From NCBI GenBank assembly GCA_031556335.1, contig JAVBTE010000032.1, positions 92 through 64,091 on the forward strand: 64,000 nucleotides of DNA, written 5' to 3'. Position 1 is the first letter of the stretch, and each line of letters opens with the position of its first letter. The notes under the pieces are model-generated. The model did no database searches. It was not told where the DNA came from and saw nothing but the letters and a program-made list of their open reading frames with translations. Origin of the DNA: Eubacteriales bacterium. GTDB taxonomy: Bacteria > Bacillota > Clostridia > Christensenellales > Aristaeellaceae. Made by a program: the position numbers and the translations under genes. Shown here piece by piece: positions 36,126 through 45,073 of this stretch.

Positions 36126-38482
36126 TCCGGGGCCTCGGAGCGGTGTCGGTCCACCATGAGCAAAGTGAGGATGGTCATGTCGTCCCTGGGGGTGCCGCCG
36201 CTGGCCAGCAGGGCGGCGCGGAGCAGCGCGTCGGCCATGCGCTGGGGCTGAATGTAGAGGTTGTCTAAAATGGCGCGTTCCATTTGCTCTGCGTCGCAAA
36301 GCACGTCGGCCACGCCGTCGCTCATCACGATGAGGATGTCCCCGCTGTGCATGCGAAAGCTTTGGCTGGTGGGCTGCACTTCCTCCAAAATGCCCAGGGG
36401 CAGGGAGGAGCCGTGAACCTCTTTCAGATAATTGCCGCGCACCACCCAGGAGGCGCAGGCCCCCAGCTTTTCGCTCTGCACCTCGCCGGACCACAGGCTG
36501 AGGTCAAAAAGATCCACGGTGGCGAAGCGTTCCTCGTCCATGACGGAAAGGATCATGCCGTTTACCGCGCTGATGGCCTGCTTGCGGGTATAGCCGGCCT
36601 CCAGGCACAGCAGCATCAGCTCCAGGGTTTTGTTGCTGATTTGGTGGGCCCCGCCGCCGTGGCCCATGCCGTCGCTGAGCAACAGCAGAAAGCGTCCGCC
36701 CTGGCACTGCTTGGCGGCCATGGCGTCGCCGCTGACCGCCGCTTCCTCCCAGGCGCTGGGCTGCCCCGCGCAAAGGGTGGCCACGCCAAGCTCCACGCTG
36801 TACAGGGGCAGTTCTTCCAGCTCGATGCGGTTTTTGATGGTGCGCACAGCGCCCAGGGACAGGCCGGAATCCTGCTCCAGATAGCGCAGCAGCTTTTCAG
36901 GCTTGTTGCCTATGGGCCGCAGGGCGTCTACCTCAATGGCGGCCTGCAGGTGCCCGTCCACCCGGCGGGCATAGCATAGGGTGCCGGGAAAGCGGATGTC
37001 CCGCATGGCTTTGTTGATTTGGTAGGCGGAGTGCAAATCGCTGAGGGTTTCCCCGCAGGTGAGGGTGCGAATTTCCGAGATGGCCCCGGCCATGGCCTCC
37101 AGGTGGGTGACGGTCATATCCCGCTCGAAGCGGGCTTTGGCCTTGGCGGCCAGAACAGACTGCCGGCTTTTCAGCAGTTGCGCCAGGGCGGCGGGAACGG
37201 CCTGCAACCGGACACAGGGGCAGTCGTGGATTTTCGCCAGGATTTCATGGGGCGTTTCGTGGGCCAGGGCAATGCGCATCAGCTCCGCCAGGGTCAGCTC
37301 GGTGCGCTGCTGGTTGCGGCTCCAGCAAAGTTCCCGGTCGGGACAGTCCACGCACAGCACGTTGCCAAGCTCGGCCGGGGTGGGCGCTCCGGTCTGAATG
37401 GGCGCCACGGCAGGCAGGGCGGCGGCCATGCCCCGCATGGCGCTTTCCCAGCGCAAAAGCCGCTGCTGCACAAACAGGCCCTCCATGTTGCGGGCAGCGG
37501 GGGCCGGGCCTACCCCCAGGGACCGCAGCCGTTCGGTGACCCGGTCGCCGGTGAAGGGAAAGATCAGGCAGCCGAGAAGCACCGTCACATGGGGCAGGGA
37601 AGGGGAGGCCAGCGGGGTCAGGTAGAAGGCGAACATGTGGGCGGCCAGATAGCACAGGCCGGAAAGCCAGCGTTTTTTTTGCCCGGAAACCAGCCCGGCA
37701 AGGAACCCGCCCAGGGCCAGGTGGATGGTGAGGCGGCCGTCGTGGCCGCACAGGGCCAACGTCAGCCCGCACAGCAGCCCCCCCGCCGCCCCGGCCATGC
37801 CCCCCAGGGCATAGGAAAACATCAGCGTGCAAACTACGGCCAGCAGCTGGCCCAGGTTGAGGGTGGCAATGCGCAAATAGCCCAGGCCGGAAAGCAAAGT
37901 GAGCAAAAAGAGAAGCACGCAGGCTTTATCCTCCAGGGTCAGCATGGGTCGGGCGTCCTTCAAAAGGCGAAGTCCCCGCTGATAGGCAAGGGTCAGCCCC
38001 ATGCACAGGGGCACGGCGGCGCAAGAAAGCAGAATGAAAAGGCTGTTGCCGGAAAACAGCGAGACGACGGCCCGGGGCATCATGGAAAGGCCGGCCAGCA
38101 GGATGAGGCCCACCGGGGTTTTGGGGCGCTGCAACAGGCAAAAGCTCCAAATGGCGAAGCAGCCCGCATATTGCCAAATGTCCAGGGAAATGCCCCAAAT
38201 CAGCCGCAACACAAAGGACGCCACCAGCCCCAGCAGGGGGAAGAGCGCGTCCAGACCCCGGGTTTCCCGGGCCAGCAAAAAGGCCGCGGCGCAGGGCGAG
38301 GGCACGCCGAACCAGGTGACAAAGGTAGACAGAAAGGCGCACAGGGAAACGCCCACAGGACGGCTGGAGACCTGGGCGAACGCGCACAGAAATTCCCACA
38401 GTTTTCGCCAGCCCGAAGGATGGTATTCTTTTCTGGCCACCGCCGGATTCGGCCCCATGCCATGCTCAGTGCCGATTTGCAT
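36101..38482 (-). CDS. spoIIE: stage II sporulation protein E (PP2C phosphatase with a polytopic membrane domain)
   Basis: About 10 N-terminal hydrophobic segments, then the PP2C region LLLLSDGMGHGGGAHQISNKTLE...GDILIVMSDGVADV. The start is uncertain: ATG at 38482 chosen, ATG at 38458 and TTG at 38584 are possible. Confidence 0.85.
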   Translation of the reverse strand: MQIGTEHGMGPNPAVARKEYHPSGWRKLWEFLCAFAQVSSRPVGVSLCAFLSTFVTWFGVPSPCAAAFLLARETRGLDALFPLLGLVASFVLRLIWGISLDIWQYAGCFAIWSFCLLQRPKTPVGLILLAGLSMMPRAVVSLFSGNSLFILLSCAAVPLCMGLTLAYQRGLRLLKDARPMLTLEDKACVLLFLLTLLSGLGYLRIATLNLGQLLAVVCTLMFSYALGGMAGAAGGLLCGLTLALCGHDGRLTIHLALGGFLAGLVSGQKKRWLSGLCYLAAHMFAFYLTPLASPSLPHVTVLLGCLIFPFTGDRVTERLRSLGVGPAPAARNMEGLFVQQRLLRWESAMRGMAAALPAVAPIQTGAPTPAELGNVLCVDCPDRELCWSRNQQRTELTLAELMRIALAHETPHEILAKIHDCPCVRLQAVPAALAQLLKSRQSVLAAKAKARFERDMTVTHLEAMAGAISEIRTLTCGETLSDLHSAYQINKAMRDIRFPGTLCYARRVDGHLQAAIEVDALRPIGNKPEKLLRYLEQDSGLSLGAVRTIKNRIELEELPLYSVELGVATLCAGQPSAWEEAAVSGDAMAAKQCQGGRFLLLLSDGMGHGGGAHQISNKTLELMLLCLEAGYTRKQAISAVNGMILSVMDEERFATVDLFDLSLWSGEVQSEKLGACASWVVRGNYLKEVHGSSLPLGILEEVQPTSQSFRMHSGDILIVMSDGVADVLCDAEQMERAILDNLYIQPQRMADALLRAALLASGGTPRDDMTILTLLMVDRHRSEAPERGEGREP

Positions 38483-38625
38483 ATGCCGCCCCCCATACCA
38501 TGCTTGTAAAACCAGTATAGCCACTGGGTTTGCGGCAATATGTCGGAAGAGGGTAAAAAGCTTGTCGTTTTTGGACGGGAGCAAGGCAAACCGGCGGGTA
38601 TTGGAATGGAAACTTCCGCCCGGGG

Positions 38626-38654
38626 TTGCGAAAGACCGCGCAAACCGCTATAAT
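38626..38654 (+). promoter_or_regulatory. putative sigma-A promoter of the apbE / FMN-binding pair
   Basis: TTGCGA (38626-38631), 17 nt, TATAAT (38649-38654). Confidence 0.55.
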
Positions 38655-38680
38655 GGCAGGCGGATACAGGAGGGGTGAAC

Positions 38681-39757
38681 ATGCTGAAACGATTGATTGG
38701 CGTGCTTTTGACCGCATGCGTCCTGGCCGGGTGTATGGCATGCGCCGGCGCGGAAATGGAAAAGCGCACCACCTATTTTTTTGACGCTTTTGATACCATC
38801 ATCACCATCATGGGGTATACCGAGGACCAGGAAACCTTCGACAAGGTGGCGGAGCAGGCCAGGCAGCGTTTTTTGGAGCTGCACAAGCTGTACGACGCCT
38901 ACAATGAATATGAAGGCGTGCAGAACATTTATACCATCAACCGGGACGGGGCCAAGGGCCCGGTGAAGGTGGCCCCGGAGCTGATGAACATGCTTCTGTT
39001 TGCCAGGAAATGGCAGCCTGTGACCGGCGGCGCCATGAACGTGGCCCTGGGCAGCGTGCTGCAAATTTGGCACGAGTACCGCCAGGCGGGCATCGATCAT
39101 CCGGAAAGCGCCGCCCTGCCGCCCATGGGGGACCTTGAGGAGGCGGACAAGCACACGAATTTTGACGACGTGGTGCTCAGTGAGGCGGACAGCACGGTGT
39201 TTTTCAGCGACCCCAAGGTGCAGCTGGACGTGGGCGGGCTGGCCAAAGGCTATGCCACGGAACTGGTGGCCCGGGAGATGCTGGCCTCGGAAATGCCGCA
39301 TTTTATCATCAACGCGGGGGGCAATGTGCGGGTGGGCCTGAAGCCCCTGGACGGAAGAGAACGTTGGGGCGTAAGCCTGCAAAACCCGGACGCGGCCCTG
39401 GACCTGACCGTGAAGGAGCAAACGGCGGAAACGCTGTACCTGAACGATACCTCGGTGGTGACCAGCGGCGATTACCAGCGGTTTTACGTGGTGGACGGCG
39501 TGCGCTATCCCCACATTGTGGACCCCGCGACGCTGATGCCCGCGGACCGGTTCCGGGCGGTGACCGTGGTGTGCCAGGACAGCGGCTTGGCGGACCTTCT
39601 CTCCACAGCGGTGTTCATTTTGCCCTACGAGGAAGGACGGGCCCTGGTGGAGAGCATCGAGGGCGCGGAGGCGCTGTGGATTCAAACGGACGGCACGATT
39701 CAGATGACGGACGGGCTATACAAGCAAAGCAAAAGCGGTGGCGCAGCGGCAAAATGA
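38681..39757 (+). CDS. apbE: FAD:protein FMN transferase (ApbE family) lipoprotein
   Basis: Lipobox LLTACVLAGC. ApbE core FDAFDTIITI...LDVGGLAKGYA...VTSGDYQRFY. AGGAGG lies 7 nt before the ATG at 38681. Confidence 0.85.
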   Translation: MLKRLIGVLLTACVLAGCMACAGAEMEKRTTYFFDAFDTIITIMGYTEDQETFDKVAEQARQRFLELHKLYDAYNEYEGVQNIYTINRDGAKGPVKVAPELMNMLLFARKWQPVTGGAMNVALGSVLQIWHEYRQAGIDHPESAALPPMGDLEEADKHTNFDDVVLSEADSTVFFSDPKVQLDVGGLAKGYATELVAREMLASEMPHFIINAGGNVRVGLKPLDGRERWGVSLQNPDAALDLTVKEQTAETLYLNDTSVVTSGDYQRFYVVDGVRYPHIVDPATLMPADRFRAVTVVCQDSGLADLLSTAVFILPYEEGRALVESIEGAEALWIQTDGTIQMTDGLYKQSKSGGAAAK

Positions 39758-39847
39758 GCCGTGAACCATGAACCGATCGGCGTTTCCAAAACTGTGAATA
39801 AGAAACCAAATCCCTCCGCATGCTGAAGCACGTGGAGGGATTGCGCA

Positions 39848-40726
39848 ATGGAAAAGAAGAAATGGGCGGGCTGGATCGTGCTGGTGACGCTGGTGCTGGT
39901 GGCGGCGGTGGCGTTGGCGGTGACCAACGCGGTGACGGAGCAGCGGGTCGCCGACCAGAACCTGGCCGGGGCCCAGGAAGGCCTGAAAAAAATCTTTCCC
40001 GATGCGGAGGAAGGCGCGAAGGGCTTTGAGCCGATTCCTCTGGAAGAAGGCAGCGGGCTGGACTTTGCCTATATTGTGAAAAAAGGGCCCGATGTGATCG
40101 GGTATGCGGGCAAGACCACGGCGCAGGGCTATGGAGGGCCTGTGGAGGTGACCGTTGGCATTGCGCCGGAAGGCCCGCTGAAAGGCATTTATGTGGGCGG
40201 GGCCAACTTCAAGGAGACGGAAGGGCTGGGCAGCAAGGCGAAAGAAGAGCCGTTTTTGGGTCAGTTTGCGGGCAAGCAGCCGCCCATGACCTTGGGGGAT
40301 AATGTGGACGCCATTTCCGGGGCCACGGTTACCAGCCGGGCGGTGGCGGAGGGGGTCAACACCGCCTATGAAAAGCTGACGGTGCTGGTGGGCATTGTGC
40401 CCGGCCAAAGCCCGGGGGGCTCTGCGCAGCCCGCGGCCAACGGGCGCGCCGTGAACGCCAGCGTGATTGGCTATGGCGGGCCGGTGCTGGTACAGCTGAC
40501 CCTGGACGATAGCGGCGTGATTACGGCCATCGCCGTAGGCGGAGCACGGTTTGCGGAAACCGACGGCGTGGGCAGCAAGGTGAAGGAAGCCGCGTTTACC
40601 CAGCAGTTTGTGGGCAAAAAGCCCCCGCTTTCCATGGGGGACGTGGACGCGGTGTCCGGCGCGACGGTTTCCAGCCAGGCTGTGGTGGACGCGGTAAACG
40701 CGGCCTATGGGTTTTTGAATGAGTAA
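39848..40726 (+). CDS. membrane-anchored protein with two FMN-binding (FMN_bind) domains
   Basis: N-terminal TM WIVLVTLVLVAAVALAV. Two flavinylation motifs, VDAISGATVTSRAV and VDAVSGATVSSQAV. Confidence 0.82.
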   Translation: MEKKKWAGWIVLVTLVLVAAVALAVTNAVTEQRVADQNLAGAQEGLKKIFPDAEEGAKGFEPIPLEEGSGLDFAYIVKKGPDVIGYAGKTTAQGYGGPVEVTVGIAPEGPLKGIYVGGANFKETEGLGSKAKEEPFLGQFAGKQPPMTLGDNVDAISGATVTSRAVAEGVNTAYEKLTVLVGIVPGQSPGGSAQPAANGRAVNASVIGYGGPVLVQLTLDDSGVITAIAVGGARFAETDGVGSKVKEAAFTQQFVGKKPPLSMGDVDAVSGATVSSQAVVDAVNAAYGFLNE

Positions 40727-40877
40727 GGCGGAAGGCCCCAAACCCTATGACCGAATGCGGCTGAAATTGATCCGCCTGGGGCTGCATGGGCCGAGCCGGA
40801 TTCTTTTGCACCGGGGCATTACGCCTCCGCCCCTGGCCGGGCAGAGTGACCCGGAGGCCAAACAGCAGGAGAAAGAA

Positions 40878-40914
40878 AAGAGCGAGTAGCCTTTCGGCCA
40901 CCGCTCTTTTTTTA
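40878..40914 (+). terminator. terminator after the FMN-binding gene
   Basis: AAGAGCG...(inner GCC-tttc-GGC)...CGCTCTT followed by TTTTTTT. Confidence 0.6.
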
Positions 40915-41035
40915 CTTTTCTTTTTCACCGCGTGAAACGCGGTGAAAGAAGGGTTCAGGGGCGTTGCCCCTGGGCGGGGTTTTAGGGGCGGCAGCCCCTA
41001 AACGCCCCCCGCATCGTCCTCCCCATTCGCCCCCC
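40915..41035. repeat. intergenic multi-hairpin cassette, copy 5 (half copy facing nagA)
   Basis: hp1' TTTCACCGCGtgaaaCGCGGTGAAA 40923-40947, hp2' CAGGGGCGTTGCCCCTG 40956-40972, hp3' TTAGGGGCggcaGCCCCTAA 40982-41001, and C-tracts up to the nagA stop. Confidence 0.8.
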
Positions 41036-42148
41036 TTACACCGTCCCCACGAAGGCCCAGTCCTTGCGGAACCGGGTGAGGATGGCGGAAGAACCCTGGC
41101 GAAGCACGCCAAAGTCGCCGTTGTGAATGGAGAGGGCTGGGGTGCGGGTGGTCATGAGCGCGGCGTCTTCGGGAGCGACGCCAAAGGCGATGAGGTTTTG
41201 CAGGGCGCGGACAAGGGTAAGGGTGCTGCCGGCCAGGGTGCCGTTTTGAAGCCGGGCCGCGCCGCCACTTACAAACACATCCTGGCCGCCCAGCTGATAG
41301 GTTCCGTCGGGCATGCCGGCGGCCTCCATGGCGTCGGTGATGGCCACGGCCAGGCGGGGTCCCTTGCAGCGAACGATGAGCCGCACGATGTCCGGATGCA
41401 GGTGAATGCCGTCGCAGATGAACTCGCAGGCCAGGCGGTCGTCCACCAGGGCCGCGCCGGGCACGCCGGGGGCCCGGTGGCTGAGCGGCGACTGGGCGTT
41501 GAAGGTGTGGGTCACATGGTTGGCGCCGGCCTTGGCCGCCTGGTGCACCACCTCGGCGGTGGCGTCGGTGTGGCCCAGGCTGACGGAGATGCCGCTTTTT
41601 TGAAGGCGGGCGATGAAGTCCAGCGCGCCGGGCAGTTCCGGGGCCAGGGTCACCAGCCGCACGATTTCCTCATGGTCGCCCACGTAGTTTTTCCAGTTTT
41701 CTTCCGTGGGCGGCACAAAAAACTCTTTTCGCTGTGCGCCTGCCTTTGAGGGTTCCATGAAGGGCGCTTCCATGTGAGCGCCAAGCACCACTGCGCCTTC
41801 GGGTTCGGGCCGCTGCATCACGGCATGAATGCCCTCAAGGGCGGCGCGGGTATCCGCAGGGCTGGCGCTCATGGTGGTGGGGCAAAAGGCCGCCACGCCA
41901 AACTTGCGCAGTTCCCGGCTCATGTGCCGAACAGCCTCTTCGCCGTTCATGGTGTCCTTGCCCTTGAAGGCGTGGATGTGCACATCCACAAAGCCGGGCA
42001 GAAGGAAGTCTCCCTGAAAATCCAAAGTTTCTTCCCGCGGGGCGGAGAGGTCCGGCCCGATGGCGGCGATCTGTCCGCCTTTGAGAAGCACTTGGGTGTG
42101 CGGCACGAAGGTCTCGTTCATAAAGGCGTTGGCGTTGGTAATGAGCAT
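41036..42148 (-). CDS. nagA: N-acetylglucosamine-6-phosphate deacetylase
   Basis: MLITNANAF...LLPGFVDVHIHAFKG...SLGHTDAT...THTFNAQS. Confidence 0.9.
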   Translation of the reverse strand: MLITNANAFMNETFVPHTQVLLKGGQIAAIGPDLSAPREETLDFQGDFLLPGFVDVHIHAFKGKDTMNGEEAVRHMSRELRKFGVAAFCPTTMSASPADTRAALEGIHAVMQRPEPEGAVVLGAHMEAPFMEPSKAGAQRKEFFVPPTEENWKNYVGDHEEIVRLVTLAPELPGALDFIARLQKSGISVSLGHTDATAEVVHQAAKAGANHVTHTFNAQSPLSHRAPGVPGAALVDDRLACEFICDGIHLHPDIVRLIVRCKGPRLAVAITDAMEAAGMPDGTYQLGGQDVFVSGGAARLQNGTLAGSTLTLVRALQNLIAFGVAPEDAALMTTRTPALSIHNGDFGVLRQGSSAILTRFRKDWAFVGTV

Positions 42149-42184
42149 GGGGATTCTTCCTTTCCTGCGCTTTTTAAAATGGGT

Positions 42185-42214
42185 CCGGGCGCGGCGCATA
42201 AGCGACGCGCCCGG
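42185..42214 (-). terminator. hairpin after potD (possible partial terminator before nagA)
   Basis: CCGGGCGCG, 12-nt loop, CGCGCCCGG. On the minus strand it is followed by ACCCATTTTAAAAA. Confidence 0.45.
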
Positions 42215-42223
42215 CAAGAACCG

Positions 42224-43273
42224 TTACTGAAGTTTGAAAGCCGTGTAAAGCTCTTGGATGTCGGTTTCGGTGGCCCCTACGTCCTGGATGAACTCGGCGT
42301 TTTGGAGCAGGTCGGCGGGGATAAAGACCACGGGGTTGGCCAGGTATTCCGGAGACAGGAAAGCCTCCGCCGCCTGGTTCACACACAGATAGCCCTGCTT
42401 TTCAGCGTTGTGGGCCGCCACTTCGGGGCGCATGAGGTAGTCCAGGAACAGGTGGGCGTTATCGATGTTTTCCGCCTTGGAGGGGATGGCCAGACCGTCG
42501 ATGCCAAAGCCCAGGCCTTCCTTGGGATAGACCACCTTCATGTCCGGGCGCTGGCCGAGAACCACGCAGGCCTGGGAAGTGAACACATAGCCCACGGCGG
42601 CTTCGCCGCTGACCAGGGCCGCGTCCGGCGCGTTGTAGTCAAAGGCGCGGATGTTGGGGAACAGGGGCATCAGCTTTTCCTTGGCCGCGGCCAGCACGGC
42701 GGGGTCCGTTTCGTTGAAGCTTTTGCCCAGGGTTTTCAGGGTGATGCCCACCACGTTGCGGGCGTCGTCCATGATGACGACGCTGTCCTTGAGGGCGGGG
42801 TTCCACAGATCCTCGTAGCCGGTGATTTCAAAATCCACCTTGGCGGGATCGTAGACGATGACAGGGGTGCCGGCCATGTAGGGCACAACGTATTCGCTGT
42901 CCGGATCGAAATACTGACCGATGAAGCTTGCGCCCAGGTTGCCAAAGTTTGGAAGCTTTGCTTTGTCCAGCTTTTGGATGAGGCCTTCCTTGCGGAGGAT
43001 GCTGAGGGCATAGTCGCTGCCCAGCACCAGGTCGTATCCGCCGCCGCCGCCCTGGGTCAGCTTGTTGATCATGTCGTCGTTGGTTTCCATGGGGGAGTAG
43101 ACCACGTCGACGCCGGTTTCCTGCTCGAAGGCAGCGATGGTTTCGTCGTCGATGTAGGTTTCCCAGGTGAGCAGGTTGAGCACCTGGGGGGCCTGGGCGG
43201 CCTCGGCCAGGGCCGCGCAGGAGGTGGTTACCAGGAGGAGCGCCAATACCAGGGAAATGAGCTTTTTGTTCAT
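42224..43273 (-). CDS. potD: spermidine/putrescine ABC transporter substrate-binding lipoprotein
   Basis: MNKKLISLVLALLLVTTSCAALAEA (lipobox), then LNLLTWETYIDDETIAAFEQETG. The 611-aa track ORF is an over-extension. Confidence 0.88.
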   Translation of the reverse strand: MNKKLISLVLALLLVTTSCAALAEAAQAPQVLNLLTWETYIDDETIAAFEQETGVDVVYSPMETNDDMINKLTQGGGGGYDLVLGSDYALSILRKEGLIQKLDKAKLPNFGNLGASFIGQYFDPDSEYVVPYMAGTPVIVYDPAKVDFEITGYEDLWNPALKDSVVIMDDARNVVGITLKTLGKSFNETDPAVLAAAKEKLMPLFPNIRAFDYNAPDAALVSGEAAVGYVFTSQACVVLGQRPDMKVVYPKEGLGFGIDGLAIPSKAENIDNAHLFLDYLMRPEVAAHNAEKQGYLCVNQAAEAFLSPEYLANPVVFIPADLLQNAEFIQDVGATETDIQELYTAFKLQ

Positions 43274-43368
43274 GGGAGGGTTCTCCTTTCCAATTCGTGA
43301 ATCCTTTGGACATGGTTGTGATTTTATGTCAAAAACGGGGAAGTTCCCGTTTGAGACCGAAGGAAGGT

Positions 43369-44202
43369 TCAGGCGGGATGGGCGCCCCGGCGCAGCCTGG
43401 CCGCCCGCAGGGAGGAAAGATACTGGCTGAACGCCACCGCCAGGAAGGCCACGCCCATCATGACCGTGCACAGCGCGTTCACCTGGGGGGACACCCCCAC
43501 CCGGACGCTGGAGTAGATCTTCACCGGCAGGGTGACAGACCCAGCGCCGTTGACGAAGAAGCTGATGATGAAATCGTCCAGGGACATGGCAAAGGCCAGG
43601 AAGCCCCCGGAGATGATGGCCGGGCGCACCAGGGGCAGGGTGATGTCCCAAAGCACCCTGCCGGGGCCGGCCCCCAGGTCCCGGGCCGCGTCGAACAGGG
43701 CCGGGTCCATGCCCGTAAGGCGGCTTTTGACGGTCAGAAAGATGTAAGGAATGCAAAAGGTGGTGTGGGAAAGCACCAGGGTCAGCTCGCCGAAGGGGAA
43801 ACCCAGGGCGTAGAAGATGGCCATAAAGGCCATGGCCAGGATGATTTCCGGAATCATGATGGGCAAGGCCACCAGGGTCTCCATCCAGCCCTCGCTTTTG
43901 GAAACGGCCCCTTCCTGGGCCAGGGCCCGCTGGGACATGCCCACGGCCCCCAGGGTGCCGATGACGGCGGAGAGCAGGGTGGAGATCAGCGCCACGCGGA
44001 TGCTGACCATCAGGGCCTCCCCATAGCCCCGGGCGCCGGAAAAGAGGTCGGTATACCACTGGGTGGTAAAGCCGGTGAACGCGATGGGGTTGCGGGCGGG
44101 GTTGGCGTTGAAGGAGTAAGCCACCACGGTGATGACGGGCAGGTAGAGCACCGCAAGCACCAAAGCCAGAAACAGGAGGGAGAAAACCGAATGCTTTTTC
44201 AT
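43369..44202 (-). CDS. potC: spermidine/putrescine ABC transporter permease
   Basis: Six TM segments and the EAA-type loop FDAARDLGAGPGRVLWDITLP. Confidence 0.88.
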   Translation of the reverse strand: MKKHSVFSLLFLALVLAVLYLPVITVVAYSFNANPARNPIAFTGFTTQWYTDLFSGARGYGEALMVSIRVALISTLLSAVIGTLGAVGMSQRALAQEGAVSKSEGWMETLVALPIMIPEIILAMAFMAIFYALGFPFGELTLVLSHTTFCIPYIFLTVKSRLTGMDPALFDAARDLGAGPGRVLWDITLPLVRPAIISGGFLAFAMSLDDFIISFFVNGAGSVTLPVKIYSSVRVGVSPQVNALCTVMMGVAFLAVAFSQYLSSLRAARLRRGAHPA

Positions 44203-44215
44203 GGCGTTCTCCTTT

Positions 44216-45073
44216 CTAAAACATGCTCATGTCGTTGGTGCCGCCAAGCTTGCGATAGACGGCGATCACCGCGGCGGTTACGGCCAGCAGTAGCACGCTG
44301 AGGGCCGCCGCCAGGGGCAGGTCCCGGCTGGAGATAAGCTTTTGAATGAGCCCGCCCGCCAGCACGCTTTTGCCGCCCCCCAGTAGATCGCTGAGGAAGA
44401 ACAGCCCCATGGAGGGGATGAACACCAGCACGCAGCCCGCGAGCAGCCCCGCCAGGGTCAGGGGCACGGTGACGGTGAAAAACGCCCTCAGCGGGGTGGC
44501 CCCCAGGTCCCGGGCGGCCTCCACCACGGAAAAGTCCAGCTTTTCCACGGCGGTAAAGGTGGGCAAAATCATGAAGGGGATGAGGGCGTACACCATACCC
44601 AGCAGTACCGCGCCATCGGTGTTGAGCAGCTTGAGGGGCGCGGAGGGAAGCCCCAGGGCCATGAGCGCGTTGTTGATGGGCCCCCCCGCAATGAGCAGGA
44701 TGCGCCAGCCGTAGATGCGGATGAGCGCGTTGGTCCAAAAGGGCACGATCACCAGCAGCATTACCACGGACCGGGCCACGGGGCCCAAGCGGGCCATGAA
44801 ATAGCCGAAGGGATAGCCCACCAGGATGCAAAGGAAAGTGGTGACGACAGCCAGCCGCAGGCTGTTTGCAAGCACCCGCAGGTATTGGGGGTCCAGTAGC
44901 CGGGCATAGTTGCTGAGCGTCACCTGCCCCGTCACGCCGATGTTCTCGCCCCGGGTGAGGAAGCTGAGGCCGATGACATACAAAAGCGCCACAAACACGA
45001 AGGCGATGGCCCACAGATACATGGGCAGCCGCAAAAGCCGGGAAAAGGTCAAATCGCGCTTTTGGCTGTCCAT
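44216..45073 (-). CDS. potB: spermidine/putrescine ABC transporter permease
   Basis: TM-rich, with the loop VVEAARDLGATPLRAFFTVTVP. Confidence 0.88.
   Translation of the reverse strand: MDSQKRDLTFSRLLRLPMYLWAIAFVFVALLYVIGLSFLTRGENIGVTGQVTLSNYARLLDPQYLRVLANSLRLAVVTTFLCILVGYPFGYFMARLGPVARSVVMLLVIVPFWTNALIRIYGWRILLIAGGPINNALMALGLPSAPLKLLNTDGAVLLGMVYALIPFMILPTFTAVEKLDFSVVEAARDLGATPLRAFFTVTVPLTLAGLLAGCVLVFIPSMGLFFLSDLLGGGKSVLAGGLIQKLISSRDLPLAAALSVLLLAVTAAVIAVYRKLGGTNDMSMF

Noticed and set aside
40755-40889. 44-codon ORF (MRLKLIRLGLHGPSRILLHRGITPPPLAGQSDPEAKQQEKEKSE) between the FMN-binding gene and its terminator.
   Set aside because: No Shine-Dalgarno sequence lies within a useful distance, and no motif is recognisable. 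It is most simply 3'-UTR sequence. It would need conservation or ribosome profiling data to be called.
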